In this document: piece after piece, positions 1 through 9,521 of the stretch
Position numbering within the stretch: the stretch's first letter is position 1
How the letters are laid out: each line of letters starts with the position of its first letter
DNA from: an uncultured bacterium
Lineage (GTDB): Bacteria > Chloroflexota > UBA5177 > JANWHV01
DNA length: 64,000 nt
NCBI GenBank assembly: GCA_963729625.1
Contig: CAVSOU010000009.1
Coordinates: forward strand, 1 to 64,000
Direction of reading: 5' to 3'
Program-made: the position numbers and the translations under genes
The notes under the pieces: generated by a model
Told to the model about the DNA's origin: nothing
Database searches by the model: none
Seen by the model: the letters and a program-made list of their open reading frames with translations, nothing else

Positions 1-301
1 ACGGGCCTTTCCCGCTCTTGGCCTTCTGCGGTTTCAGGGTAAAGCAGGGCTTGTTACCACGCGCTGCTGCCGGACACCGATCCATAGGGCGAGATCGACA
101 GCCCAGCGTGCTAGCGATGCGCGCCGCGTCGACCGGACTACGTGCCTGCATGCGTGACCGCGGCCGGACGTCCTGCGGTGTGGTGCGCTTCGTACTGGCG
201 TTACAGCCTGGGAGAGAGGAGGCGGCGCCGAGCCGTCTCGCCTGTGGGTTGAACCGCCTCGGACGGCATAAGCGCCTACACGCCGCCGCTGCAGGCAGCG
301 A

Positions 302-424
302 TCAGGCGACGGCAAGCTCCTCAACGGCGTAGGCGATAGCCTGCTCCAGCGGCATCGCCTGCCCCTCCGTCCAGACAGTTGCCTGCACCTGCTCGTCGAG
401 CGCCCGGCGCGCAGGAGCGAGCCA
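302..424 (-). pseudogene. C-terminal remnant of an ATPase/TPR (AfsR/LuxR-type) regulator
   Basis: A frame absent from the ORF track reads WLAPARRALDEQVQATVWTEGQAMPLEQAIAYAVEELAVA*, resembling the typical 'W.EG.AM.LEQAIAYA' tail. Confidence 0.65.
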
Positions 425-558
425 GCACCTCCAGCGCTGGTTCTACCTGCGGTTCGCCGCGCGCTCCCAGATCGCGTGCCGTCTCGGCGCCCCAGGCGCA
501 CCGCGCTTGTGCTTGGCGCAACTGAGCATAGCCGCGACGTTCACGACCGTAACCACGG

Positions 559-835
559 GAGCGGCGCAAAGCGATCTAGCCGGTCGCCAGCGTAAACTCG
601 GTTCGACTGACCGGTTTCGTGCACGAGGAAGGGGGTGCTCAACACCGCGCGCCCCCGTGCTCCCGCCAGCAACGCTCCCGTACCGCGCCGATCACGCCAG
701 TCACAGCGCGGCGCGCGCCGTCATGCACGCGCGCAGCAAACGAGAAACGGGCTACCGGGTAGTGGATGTGCTGCATGTCGGCAACATTTTTAGAAACGGC
801 AACGGCCCACGCGCTACTCGGCAATACCCGTGCCC
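559..835 (+). repeat. Dispersed non-coding repeat, copy A
   Basis: Aligns with 2950-3105 and 28245-28490. Core AAACGAGAAACGG..AGTGGATGTGC.GCATGTCGGC.A.A..TT.GAAACGG. Confidence 0.85.
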
Positions 836-965
836 TACCGTCGTCCACCGTCGTCCACCTTCGGCCCATACGGCACTAGGCGCTTGCGCCGTCCACATCG
901 ACAACATGTTGTCGATAAGTTGCCCCATAGGGGCCTCTGCTGCTGAGCGGCGTCTCACCAGCAGG

Positions 966-1210
966 CTAGCCTCCTTGAGGCCAAAAGTCTGTTGTAAATG
1001 GGTCAAAGTTTATGCGACGAGCACCTCCTCGACGAAGTGACGTGTCGCGGTATCCAGGCGGTCGAAAGCACGGCGGAGGGCGGTGTTGCCGGGCGGGACC
1101 GGCGGCAGCACCTGGGCCAAGGGCCTCGATCCGCGCCGCATCCAGACCGTCGGCGATCGCCTGCATGCGCGCGGGGTCTGCGCACGTCAGGATCCCATTG
1201 TGCCTGCAGC
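966..1210 (-). mobile_element. Internally deleted remnant of an uncharacterised IS-like element
   Basis: Two peptide pieces are joined out of frame: NGILTCADPARMQAIADGLDAARIEAL and LAQVLPPVPPGNTALRRAFDRLDTATRHFVEEVLVA*. An AACTTTGACCCATT...CAAGGAGGCTAG tail follows. Family recognised from memory only. Confidence 0.4.
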
Positions 1211-1420
1211 AGACTGGAGAAGGGAGGAATGGTTCCAGCTCCAGCGGAGTGGGAATGTCGCAGCGGAGACCACTCTGGCATCTCAGAATGGCCGTCCAAG
1301 GGTGAGGCGCAGCCAACCCGACAGACCGAGCAAGAAGCAAGGGCCCTGGGAGAACTTCGCGATGGTGATCAAGCTGCGCTGACCATGTCCCCCGTGTTAT
1401 AGTCCTCCTGTGCTCTACCG

Positions 1421-2668
1421 GTGATTGGAATGGCGGAGATGGAGGCTGGGTCAGACGCTGGCAACGGCATGCATATCTTCAGTGCCCGCGAACGGACCGA
1501 TCGCGGGCCTCGGCACCGCACAGAGACGAGCTTCCAGTTTCTGGATCGCGTCGACCAGGTCTACTGGAGCCGCGTGCGCGGACTCCTTGAGGACTGGATT
1601 TGCCGCTATCCGGCTGGCCGTGACCGCCGCGATCTCATTCAGCGTCTGCGAGGAACTGAGGACGATGCGCACTATGCCGCCTTCTGGGAGCTGTATCTGC
1701 ACGAGAGCCTCCTACGCGATGGTTGGACGGTCACGCCGCATCCGGCGTTGTCGGGTACGTCAGGGCAACCGGACTACCTCGCGGTGCGTAGGGCAGACAC
1801 CTTGCTCGTAGAGGCGACGACTATCTGCCGGGATACCCGGATGGTGGCTGAACACAAGCGCATGCAGCAGGTGCTTGCTGCGGTCGATGCCATCCCTGCG
1901 CAGGACTTCTACCTAAGCGTTGAATACGAGAGGATTGGTCTCAACTCGCTATCCGCGAAGAAGTTGAGGGGCGAACTCGAACAGTGGCTGAGCACGTTGG
2001 ATGCAGCAGCGATCCGCGCTGCTCTGCGTGCCACTCCGGAGATAGGGCGTTGGAACACCTTGCCACAGATAGCTTGCGAACCCGGACCAGGTTGGCGTCT
2101 AGTGTTCACAGCTTGGCCGGTCGATGAAGGACGGCTTCGGCGGCCCGGAACCAGAACCGTGGGCATGGAGGGACCTGGCGAAGCAGTGATGGTCGACGAT
2201 GTCGGCCCGCTCCAAAGATGCCTGAAGGGTAAGGTAGGGAAGTACGGGACGATGCCGCAGCCGTTCGTCATCGCGGTGCTCGATCTGTCCGAGTACCTTC
2301 CAGATGACGATGCCTGTGCCCGCGCCCTGTACGGGACGCTGACTGGTTGGTTCGACGTCGAGACACACCGGGAGCATTCCCCCTTTCGCGCGCATGATGG
2401 CTTTTGGTCTTCAGGCCGGGCGAGTGCCGCATCGGTGTCGGCCGTGCTGACAACCTGCGAGTTGCGCCCCTGGACGGTCCCAACGGCCGCACCCGTTCTC
2501 TGGCAGATTCCCGCGCCCCGTGTGGCGTTGCCTTCGCTACCTTGGCGGTCCTGCGCCCTCACGACAGATGAGGTCAGCGTCGTGAGTTCAGCGGTTGAGC
2601 GCGACTGGCGCGCATTCTTTGGCCTCCCTCCGGAGTGGCCTGGTCCAGAGGCGCCATTCGTTCGCTAA
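1421..2668 (+). CDS. Hypothetical protein with a PD-(D/E)XK nuclease-like motif
   Basis: 415-aa ORF with FWELYL...QPDYLA...LLVEATT. Start codon uncertain. Confidence 0.7.
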   Translation: MIGMAEMEAGSDAGNGMHIFSARERTDRGPRHRTETSFQFLDRVDQVYWSRVRGLLEDWICRYPAGRDRRDLIQRLRGTEDDAHYAAFWELYLHESLLRDGWTVTPHPALSGTSGQPDYLAVRRADTLLVEATTICRDTRMVAEHKRMQQVLAAVDAIPAQDFYLSVEYERIGLNSLSAKKLRGELEQWLSTLDAAAIRAALRATPEIGRWNTLPQIACEPGPGWRLVFTAWPVDEGRLRRPGTRTVGMEGPGEAVMVDDVGPLQRCLKGKVGKYGTMPQPFVIAVLDLSEYLPDDDACARALYGTLTGWFDVETHREHSPFRAHDGFWSSGRASAASVSAVLTTCELRPWTVPTAAPVLWQIPAPRVALPSLPWRSCALTTDEVSVVSSAVERDWRAFFGLPPEWPGPEAPFVR

Positions 2669-2949
2669 CCTGGAAAGAGTGTTGCGCGCGTACCTACCGT
2701 GAGCGACATCGGGACGCCGTGGCTCTGCCTTCACGATTCTGGCTTGGCGGGACACCTGAGCCCATCGGTCGCCTCTCACAAGGAAACTCGATGCTACACG
2801 GAGAAATTGCTTCTGCATGCCATCAGTGGCTGGCACCACAAGCACTCTGGCGGAGTCCCACCGGGTTCGCGGGACACTGGCGCCTTGGGTGGCTTGGCGG
2901 TCTTGTGCTTCGCCGATCCATGGCCCTGATGCTGGGACGGTGACTCTCG

Positions 2950-3105
2950 TACGCGCCGATCACGCCGGTCACAGCGCGGCACACGGCGCCATGCACGCGC
3001 GCAGCAAACGAGAAACGGCCTACCGGGTAGTGGATGTGCCGCATGTCGGCGATATTTTTAGAAACGGCGACGGCCCACGCGCTGCTCGGCATTGCCCGTG
3101 CCCTG
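2950..3105 (+). repeat. Dispersed non-coding repeat, copy B (5'-truncated)
   Basis: Closely similar to 684-835. Confidence 0.85.
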
Positions 3106-3227
3106 ACGGCCGTCCAATCTTGGGCCATAAGGCACCAGTATTCATGAGTCCGGTGCCCCCTCACGAGTCAGTGATGACCGTGGCAGGGATCGGTTGCTGG
3201 TGCCCCAGTGGCTGGAGGACCGGTGTC

Positions 3228-3620
3228 GGAGACGATCCCGGCGTCTATGCGCTGTCGGGCAACGTGCAATGGCAGCAGCCCTAGCTATGCAGCGTGGTCT
3301 TGAGCAAGCGGAGGACCGAAAGCAGCGTGGACGTCAATTATCGAACTCGATAATTGAACTTGACCAGTCAACTCTGGCAAAACTCTACGGGTCCAAACAA
3401 CCACGGGTATCTGAGGCATTTACTGTTCTTACCTACGAGCCCGAGTTGGTGGATGCGGTGGTCAAGGGCGGATCGCTGAACGACGCCTATACTATCGCGA
3501 GAGCTGCCAAGGCCCGCAAGGATGCCGAGGCGAGACGTGAGGCATCCAATCTCATTCTGCTGCGCGACCGGCACCCGGACCTCGCGGCGCTGGTCGGCGC
3601 GGGCACGATGACGCTGGCGG
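3228..3620 (+). pseudogene. ParB-like (plasmid replication/partition-related) remnant
   Basis: GDDPGVYALSGN is followed out of frame by GQRAMAAA...VSEAFTVLTYEPELVDAVVKGGSLNDAY. Confidence 0.6.
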
Positions 3621-3755
3621 CGAGGGCGTGGCTGCCATCGACATGTGCCGACGTAGGATGCCACGGCACGGCCAGCTTCGTGCACGACAGTCGCCTTGCA
3701 AGTTGTCGTGACCTTCGGCACAGCGGTCATGCTCTCGGAGCGCACGAAGGAACTC

Positions 3756-3923
3756 TTAGACCTTGTACACCTTGAGCACTTCGTCCCCGTAGTGGTTGAT
3801 CACCTTGACGACGATCCTGCCGGTGCTCGGGGGATCGAACGGGTAGTTGATAGTGGAGTACAGTTGCGACCACGCTGCTTCGTCGATGTCTGCACGCAGC
3901 GCCTTCTGAAGCTTCTCGTATCC
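3756..3923 (-). pseudogene. C-terminal remnant of a type III R-M DNA methyltransferase (Mod)
   Basis: Reads GYEKLQKALRADIDEAAWSQLYSTINYPFDPPSTGRIVVKVINHYGDEVLKVYKV*, with the characteristic KVINHYGDEV tail. Confidence 0.7.
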
Positions 3924-4117
3924 ACGGACGAGTCTGCTTGACAGCCACGAACTTGCGGCCTACAGTGTGCTCGCAATCGAACTGGACGGTATCGGTTGCG
4001 ATTACAGAAATCGAAAGAGCCCGTGGGAGATGTCTTGGTCGCTAGGCATCGCGGTTGCCGGTCAACTGGTGGCAATTCATCGACCTGGAGCGCGCTAGCT
4101 AGAACAGGAGGAAGAAC

Positions 4118-4996
4118 ATGATGCGACGGGTGGTAATCGTTCTTGCGTGCCTGATGCTCATGCTTGGTGGCGCACTTGCGCCGAGTGCACGTATCGTTCG
4201 CGCCGGTGAGTTGCAGGCGGCAAATGTGGTCCCACTTGAGGCACTCTCGGCGGTGGATTCAGGTGGTGTAAGTGTGATTTCTCCGAGCAATACGGCGAGC
4301 TATCATGGATCGGTGATCAAACGGGGATTGAAGTTTTCTGTCTATTCTAACCCTGCCTGTGAGAGCCAGAGGTGCGGTCCGTACACGAAAATTCAGCTTG
4401 GACTGAAATTCAGCTATCTGCAGGGAGCAATCTATGGTGATGACAAGAACATGTCAAGCGGGCACAACTTCATCATCTACGACACCACGCACACCACGGA
4501 CCTTGGCAAGGCGCGGTCTCTATATGAATTCGCTATAACCGAAAACGACGTGCGTGGGTCATTCAAGATCGATGTCCACGCCGTTAACTTCATCACCATC
4601 GTGGTGGACAGTCCGGATCCTATCCTGGATCTCGTCGCTCAATTAGGCACAGGCTCCTCGGCACCTAGCCCAGCCCCGTCCCGAGGCGCTTCGGTCTCGT
4701 TGTCCTTCCCAGCCGACAAGAGCATCGTGACAGGCAACGGCCTGCCGTTCGTGTGGAAGCCGTATCCTCATGCTGCTGCCTACCTGGTGCACGTCTGGCT
4801 AACGAAGGCGGATCCTGGGCAAACTATCACCGCCTCCACCATCGCAACAGCCGCCAGCACGGCCGTGGGAACGCGCGCCACAATCAGCACCACCGGCATG
4901 CCCAAGGGCCTCTATCAGTGGGATGTGGCTGCAATCAATGCGAGTGGGCAGATGATTGCCGGATGGAGCGCGCCTCGCAGCGTACAGCTTGAGTAG
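4118..4996 (+). CDS. Secreted protein with an NPCBM-like beta domain and an Ig/FN3-like C-terminal domain
   Basis: AGGAGG RBS, signal peptide, and a Pro/Ser linker between two beta-rich domains. Confidence 0.75.
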   Translation: MMRRVVIVLACLMLMLGGALAPSARIVRAGELQAANVVPLEALSAVDSGGVSVISPSNTASYHGSVIKRGLKFSVYSNPACESQRCGPYTKIQLGLKFSYLQGAIYGDDKNMSSGHNFIIYDTTHTTDLGKARSLYEFAITENDVRGSFKIDVHAVNFITIVVDSPDPILDLVAQLGTGSSAPSPAPSRGASVSLSFPADKSIVTGNGLPFVWKPYPHAAAYLVHVWLTKADPGQTITASTIATAASTAVGTRATISTTGMPKGLYQWDVAAINASGQMIAGWSAPRSVQLE

Positions 4997-5139
4997 TCCA
5001 TTCCTTACCGGGCGCTCAGTGCCTGCAATCGCGCACCCGGCCTGCGGGGCAGTATTCTTCACCGGTGGCTGAATGGATAGGGAGCGCAGCAGGCCAGAAG
5101 TGAATCCGTGAAGGTCTCTCTTCGGGAAGGAGCCGATAA

Positions 5140-6132
5140 GTGGCAAAGTGGTTCGGACGCCTGGTCATCATTTCAACGTGTGTAGTGGCGCTTGGGCTGT
5201 CGAGCACCATTGGCTTCCCATCAGCACATGCCCGTGTAGGCAACTCGGTGCAGGCGCCAGGTCCCGCATTTGTGTACCCGTCGAACGGCCAGACCTTGCC
5301 TGCGGGCGGCAACTACCTGTTCCAGGCAGAACAGGTGAGCGGCGCGGTTGGCTATCTCTGGAGCTTTGTCCAGGGCGGCGCCATAGTGTGGGAGAATCTT
5401 GCATTCGACGGGACACTTTCCTCGAATACCTACGTCATCAAGATTGGCAGCCCGGCCTACCGTAAGCTGCATGGCGGCGTGCTACAAGTCTGGGTTCGCG
5501 CCGCGCTGCCCAGCGTGCAGTGGAGCAAGGTCACTGTGCTCACGGTGACCCTGGCAGGCCGCACTCCCTTGCCACCTCCGGCGGGCCGAACGCCGTCGCC
5601 GGGATCCGGCGGGCGGGTGCTCTACCAGGCCGACTGGTCGCACGGTCTGAACGGCTGGTCGGGCGTAGGTTGGAACAGTGTCGGTGGTCTGCTGGTCGCC
5701 GATGGCAGCGGCGGTAACACTCCGATTTTCGCGCCCTATCGCCCGCGGACCGCTAACTACGCGGTCGAGGCGCAACTGAGAGTAGATCTGTACGCTGGAG
5801 GCTGCAGCCTCTTCCGGCTCGTTGCCCGCCTCACGCAGAAGGGCGGGTACGGTCCTTCGGGATTGGGGTGTGGCGATCCCGTAAGGATTGACGCCATCGA
5901 CGGAAGCGGCCTTGGTATCAACATAATCGCCTCGGCCAGTAACTCGCCAAGTCCTGACAACGCGTGGCATACCTGGAGAGTAGAAGTCAAGTATAACCGG
6001 ATTACCTTCTCTTACGACGGAACTGTCTTGGTAAGCACGACCGACAACCGCTTCTTGGATCCTGGCCGGGTTGGCTTGCTGGCAAGCGGGGATCAAATCA
6101 GCGTGCGAAGCTTCCGAGTGATTGCCCTTTGA
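5140..6132 (+). CDS. Secreted protein with an Ig-like domain and a concanavalin/DUF1080-like domain
   Basis: AAGGAG RBS, signal peptide ending AHA, and C-terminal WHTWRVEV...G.VGL...ISVRSFRV. Confidence 0.8.
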   Translation: MAKWFGRLVIISTCVVALGLSSTIGFPSAHARVGNSVQAPGPAFVYPSNGQTLPAGGNYLFQAEQVSGAVGYLWSFVQGGAIVWENLAFDGTLSSNTYVIKIGSPAYRKLHGGVLQVWVRAALPSVQWSKVTVLTVTLAGRTPLPPPAGRTPSPGSGGRVLYQADWSHGLNGWSGVGWNSVGGLLVADGSGGNTPIFAPYRPRTANYAVEAQLRVDLYAGGCSLFRLVARLTQKGGYGPSGLGCGDPVRIDAIDGSGLGINIIASASNSPSPDNAWHTWRVEVKYNRITFSYDGTVLVSTTDNRFLDPGRVGLLASGDQISVRSFRVIAL

Positions 6133-6257
6133 GATAGCTCGACACTGAACAAGATTGGGGAGAGGTGTGTCAATGGCTAACTTCTGCAGCGAATGCGGTT
6201 CCCAGATCACCGTTGGTGTCTTCTTATCGGTTTCGGCGCGCTGCTCAACCACCTTGC

Positions 6258-6383
6258 TCAGGCCTGCACCTTTGCGGCAGACATGGCCCGCTGAGCCTTC
6301 GAGATGTTGTGGCGATGAGCACCGTGATAAAACACGTGGCGGGTAGGATCGTCACCCGAATACACCACAAACGACGGTTCAAT
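6258..6383 (-). pseudogene. Second ParB-like remnant
   Basis: Reads IEPSFVVYSGDDPTRHVFYHGAHRHNISKAQRAMSAAKVQA*, the same GDDP...QRAM motif as at 3228. Confidence 0.6.
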
Positions 6384-6573
6384 CCGCCTGCCGCAGAGGT
6401 TCCGGTATGTCATGGGCGGGCATCCGGCGCTGTACGAAGTCCTGCCAGGGCCTATAATCGACTAGGCGGCCGAGCAGTACCTCTGGGGTAGTAGCCATGT
6501 CGAAGCGCACTTCACAAATTGCTTCGATAATCGCATCTATCTTCAGCCTGTCGGGCATACGCTTGCTGCGCAT
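6379..6573 (-). pseudogene. N-terminal fragment of a TIGR04255-like protein
   Basis: PDRLKIDAIIEAICEVRF motif, truncated at 64 aa. Confidence 0.55.
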
Positions 6574-6838
6574 CGTGAACTGTCAAGGCCGGCCGGGGTT
6601 TGACCCGGTAGCGCCGGTTTGAGGTGATCCACCTCTGGTCGACTCGCGTACGCTTGTGTCGTGATCATGGTTAAATCTGTGGCAGGACGCAGGCAGACGC
6701 ACCCACATGGGCGAGAGTTCCGGCGATCAGCGCCGCTGCCCAGGGCGAGAAACGAGACAGAAAGAAACGTGTTGTTGTTCCCAGCCCGGCGATCGACGGA
6801 TGGCACGGTGCCGGCGGCGTGCGGCCGGAAGGCGCCGG

Positions 6839-7636
6839 TCAGGCGTTCTGCGGCATCACCTCCCTTGGCGGCAGCGCGTGGGAGGGCGGCAGCAACGGCA
6901 CGTGGTCTTTCATGCGGTAGCTGGGCCCATTGATGGTGAGCACCTCGGCGCGGTGCAACACGCGGTCCAGGAGGGCGCCGGCGAGGACCTCGTCGCCCAG
7001 GAGCGGTCCCCATTCGGCAAAGCTCTTGTTGCTGGTCAGGATCAGGCAGCCAGCGCCGGTGTAGCGTGCATTGACGAGTTCAAAGAGCAACTGGCCTTGT
7101 TTGGGGTTGAGACGCGTGTAGCCGATCTCGTCGATCACCAGGACCTGCGGGCGGGTGTAGAAGCGCAGGCGACGACGCAGGGTATCCTTGCGGCCGGCGG
7201 CATCAAGGTCCTCGACCAGGGCGGACAGGCTGGTGAAGAAGGCGGAGTAGCCGGCTTCCAGGGCTAGCCAGGCTAAGGATCCGGCCACGTGGGTTTTTCC
7301 GACCCCGGGAGGACCGAGCAGGACAATACTGGTGGCCGTCTGGACGAAGGAGAGGCCGGCCAGTTCGCGCACCTGACGCTCGGAGAGCCCGGGCTGGAAG
7401 GAGAAGTCGAAGGCGTCCAGCGTCTTGCGGGCGGGCAGGTGGGCCGCTTGGCTGCGCCGCAGGAGCACGCGCTGACGACGCGCCTGGGCTTCGACGGCCA
7501 GGGCCCGGTAGAGGAAGGTCTCATACGAGACCTGCTGCTGGCGCGCTTCATCCAGGAGAGTCGGCAAGGCTTGGCCGAGATGGCGCAGTCCAAGTTGCAC
7601 GAGCGGCGAGCTGCTCTCGGCGAGAAAGGCGTCCAT
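6839..7636 (-). CDS. istB: IS21 helper ATPase IstB
   Basis: FDFSFQP, Walker A GPPGVGKT, IDEIGY, ILTSNK, LDRVLH. ATG overlaps the istA stop. Confidence 0.95.
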   Translation of the reverse strand: MDAFLAESSSPLVQLGLRHLGQALPTLLDEARQQQVSYETFLYRALAVEAQARRQRVLLRRSQAAHLPARKTLDAFDFSFQPGLSERQVRELAGLSFVQTATSIVLLGPPGVGKTHVAGSLAWLALEAGYSAFFTSLSALVEDLDAAGRKDTLRRRLRFYTRPQVLVIDEIGYTRLNPKQGQLLFELVNARYTGAGCLILTSNKSFAEWGPLLGDEVLAGALLDRVLHRAEVLTINGPSYRMKDHVPLLPPSHALPPREVMPQNA

Positions 7637-8190
7637 CAGCGCCACCCTTCCACGCCGTAGAGGGCATCATAGGCGGCAGTCGGCCGCTGGAGCACGGTCG
7701 GTGCCGGGAGCTGATGCGCCAAGGGTTGCTGCTGACGGCGCAGCGATGTGGCCGGCAGGACGTCGCGGAACTGCTCAGGATGGGTAACGATCTCCCCCGA
7801 GCGGGCCTGCTTGGGGAGCTGGGCCAGCTGCTCGCCGTGCCGCCAGATGGAGAGGTGGGCGCCATGGTCACGCACCTGCACCGTGCTGCCTGCCGCGCTG
7901 GCCGCGGAGGGCAGACCGTAGAGGACGCCGTCGAAGGAGAGATAGCCGTCCCAACTTACGCGGCGCTCCTCGGTCGCAAAGCGCTCCCAGGCGAAGGCCG
8001 CCGGCAACGGGCGCAGCTGCTCGGCGGCAAGCAGGTCACAGGGACGCTGTCGGGTGGTGCGGTGCACACGCCCATTGCGCCGATCACACCAGGCCAGGGC
8101 CTGCAGATTGAGGTCATCCAGGTCGCCAAAGTGCGCCCCGGGCCAGAGACTCCGTTTGACGACCCCAATCGTGCGCTCGATCTTCCCCTT
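7636..8190 (-). pseudogene. istA: IS21 transposase IstA, C-terminal part
   Basis: KGKIERTIG...RVHRTT...RRVSWDGYLSFDGVLY, continuing the 11597-12276 part. Confidence 0.9.
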
Positions 8191-8225
8191 GGACAAAGCT
8201 AGGCAATGCACCGGATGGCACTGGT

Positions 8226-8525
8226 GTGGCAGAAACCTTCAGCGTCACGCACCCATTCCACCCCTGGCATGGGCGCAGCTACGGCGTGCTGGCCCAGAAG
8301 TACCGCTGGGGTGATCAGCGCGTGTACTTCCAGGATGAGCAGGACCGCCTGCGGTCGCTCCCGCTCGCCTGGACCAGTCTGGCCGCACCAGACCCATTCG
8401 TGGCCCGTGCCGCGGGTCGCGCGTTCTTCCGGCCTGCCGATCTGCTGGCGGTTGCCCTGCTTTGCCAGCGGCTAGACAGCGTCTTATGCACAGGGCGAGG
8501 CCACGATGAGCAGTCAAAGGTGTAA
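8226..8525 (+). CDS. DUF5372 (Y4bD/Y4pK)-like protein; likely true 5' end lies at the other end of the element
   Basis: VTHPFHPWHG...LP.AWTSL...DPF...GRAFFR..DLL. No clear RBS before GTG 8226. Confidence 0.8.
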   Translation: MAETFSVTHPFHPWHGRSYGVLAQKYRWGDQRVYFQDEQDRLRSLPLAWTSLAAPDPFVARAAGRAFFRPADLLAVALLCQRLDSVLCTGRGHDEQSKV

Positions 8526-8562
8526 GCTCAATTATGCCGCATGTGTAAAGGGAATTATGCCG
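8521..8562 (+). repeat. Two 19-bp direct repeats TGTAA-N4-AATTATGCCG, putative operator
   Basis: Copies at 8521-8539 and 8544-8562, with an inverted related copy at 8712-8730. Confidence 0.7.
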
Positions 8563-8691
8563 TCCGGTGGCAGGGACCGTGAGACTTGCCCGCAGCCACT
8601 CTACCCGATCGTCGCTGCCTGTTCTCAGGAAACTTGCGAGAATGGTCCTCGCAATGGCCACGATGTGCTTGGCTCTCGGGGGCGATTCTGC

Positions 8692-8720
8692 TTGCACAAC
8701 GGCACCATGATGGTCATAAT
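8692..8720 (+). promoter_or_regulatory. Sigma70-like promoter of the HTH-small ORF-recombinase operon
   Basis: TTGCAC-N17-CATAAT upstream of an AGGAG RBS and ATG 8755. Confidence 0.65.
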
Positions 8721-8754
8721 GAGTTTGACATATCGGCCGTTGCAGGAGAGTCGC

Positions 8755-9270
8755 ATGCCTACCACCACCACTGCTGATGATGAGAAAGTCGCCGCTCTGC
8801 GCCTCGCTCACGCCCTGCATCATCAGGCTGCCCTGGTGACGGACCCGGCGTTTGGCGCAGGACAGTCGTTCTTTGATGCACGGGATCTGGTGCAAGTGAA
8901 GTACGAAATGTTGCGCCGGGTGCACGTCGACGGCCATAGCGTGAGCCAGGCGGCTCACGCCTTCGGGTTTTCCCGACCCTCATTCTATGCGGCACAGCGG
9001 GCCTGGCTGGCCGCCGGACTGGCTGGCCTGATCCCTCAGCGGCCTGGGCCACGCCGCGCGTCCAAGTTGGCACCCGCCTTGATGGCGTTTGTGGACGGCT
9101 GTTTGCACCGTGAGCCCACCTTGCGGGCACGCGATCTTGCCGCTCGACTCGCGGAGCAATTCGGCGTGCAGGTGCACCCCCGGAGCATTGAGCGGGCCTT
9201 GGTACGCCGGGGAAACCCGTTGCTGGCGCGGCTGCCGCGCCAGTTCCGAGAGGAGGAGCTGAGTCCATGA
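8755..9270 (+). CDS. Helix-turn-helix protein of the recombinase element
   Basis: FFDARDLVQVKYEMLR...FGFSRPSFY...GL.GLIPQRPGPR...VHPRSIERAL, with an RBS before ATG. Confidence 0.85.
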   Translation: MPTTTTADDEKVAALRLAHALHHQAALVTDPAFGAGQSFFDARDLVQVKYEMLRRVHVDGHSVSQAAHAFGFSRPSFYAAQRAWLAAGLAGLIPQRPGPRRASKLAPALMAFVDGCLHREPTLRARDLAARLAEQFGVQVHPRSIERALVRRGNPLLARLPRQFREEELSP

Positions 9271-9521
9271 GCGCTGTCTATGAAACCTTGCGCGGTGCTG
9301 CCCAGCTGCAGCAGCTGCCCGTCGCCTTCGCCCGCGATTGGGAGCTGCTGCGGCGGCAGGGTATGACGGCCTGGTTGCAGGCGTCTCCGGCGCTCGCACC
9401 GCCGACCCAGCTCACGTGGTCCCTGGCCAAGCCAGCCGGTGCGCCCGCGTGCGTGTTGCCTGCTCTGGCGCACCTGCTCAGCGCGATGATTCTCGCTCAG
9501 CGAGGGGAGCACGCCCCATGA
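9267..9521 (+). CDS. Small hypothetical protein of the recombinase element
   Basis: GGAGG RBS, ATGA overlaps on both sides, YE.LR...LL.RQGMTAW motif. Confidence 0.75.
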   Translation: MSAVYETLRGAAQLQQLPVAFARDWELLRRQGMTAWLQASPALAPPTQLTWSLAKPAGAPACVLPALAHLLSAMILAQRGEHAP

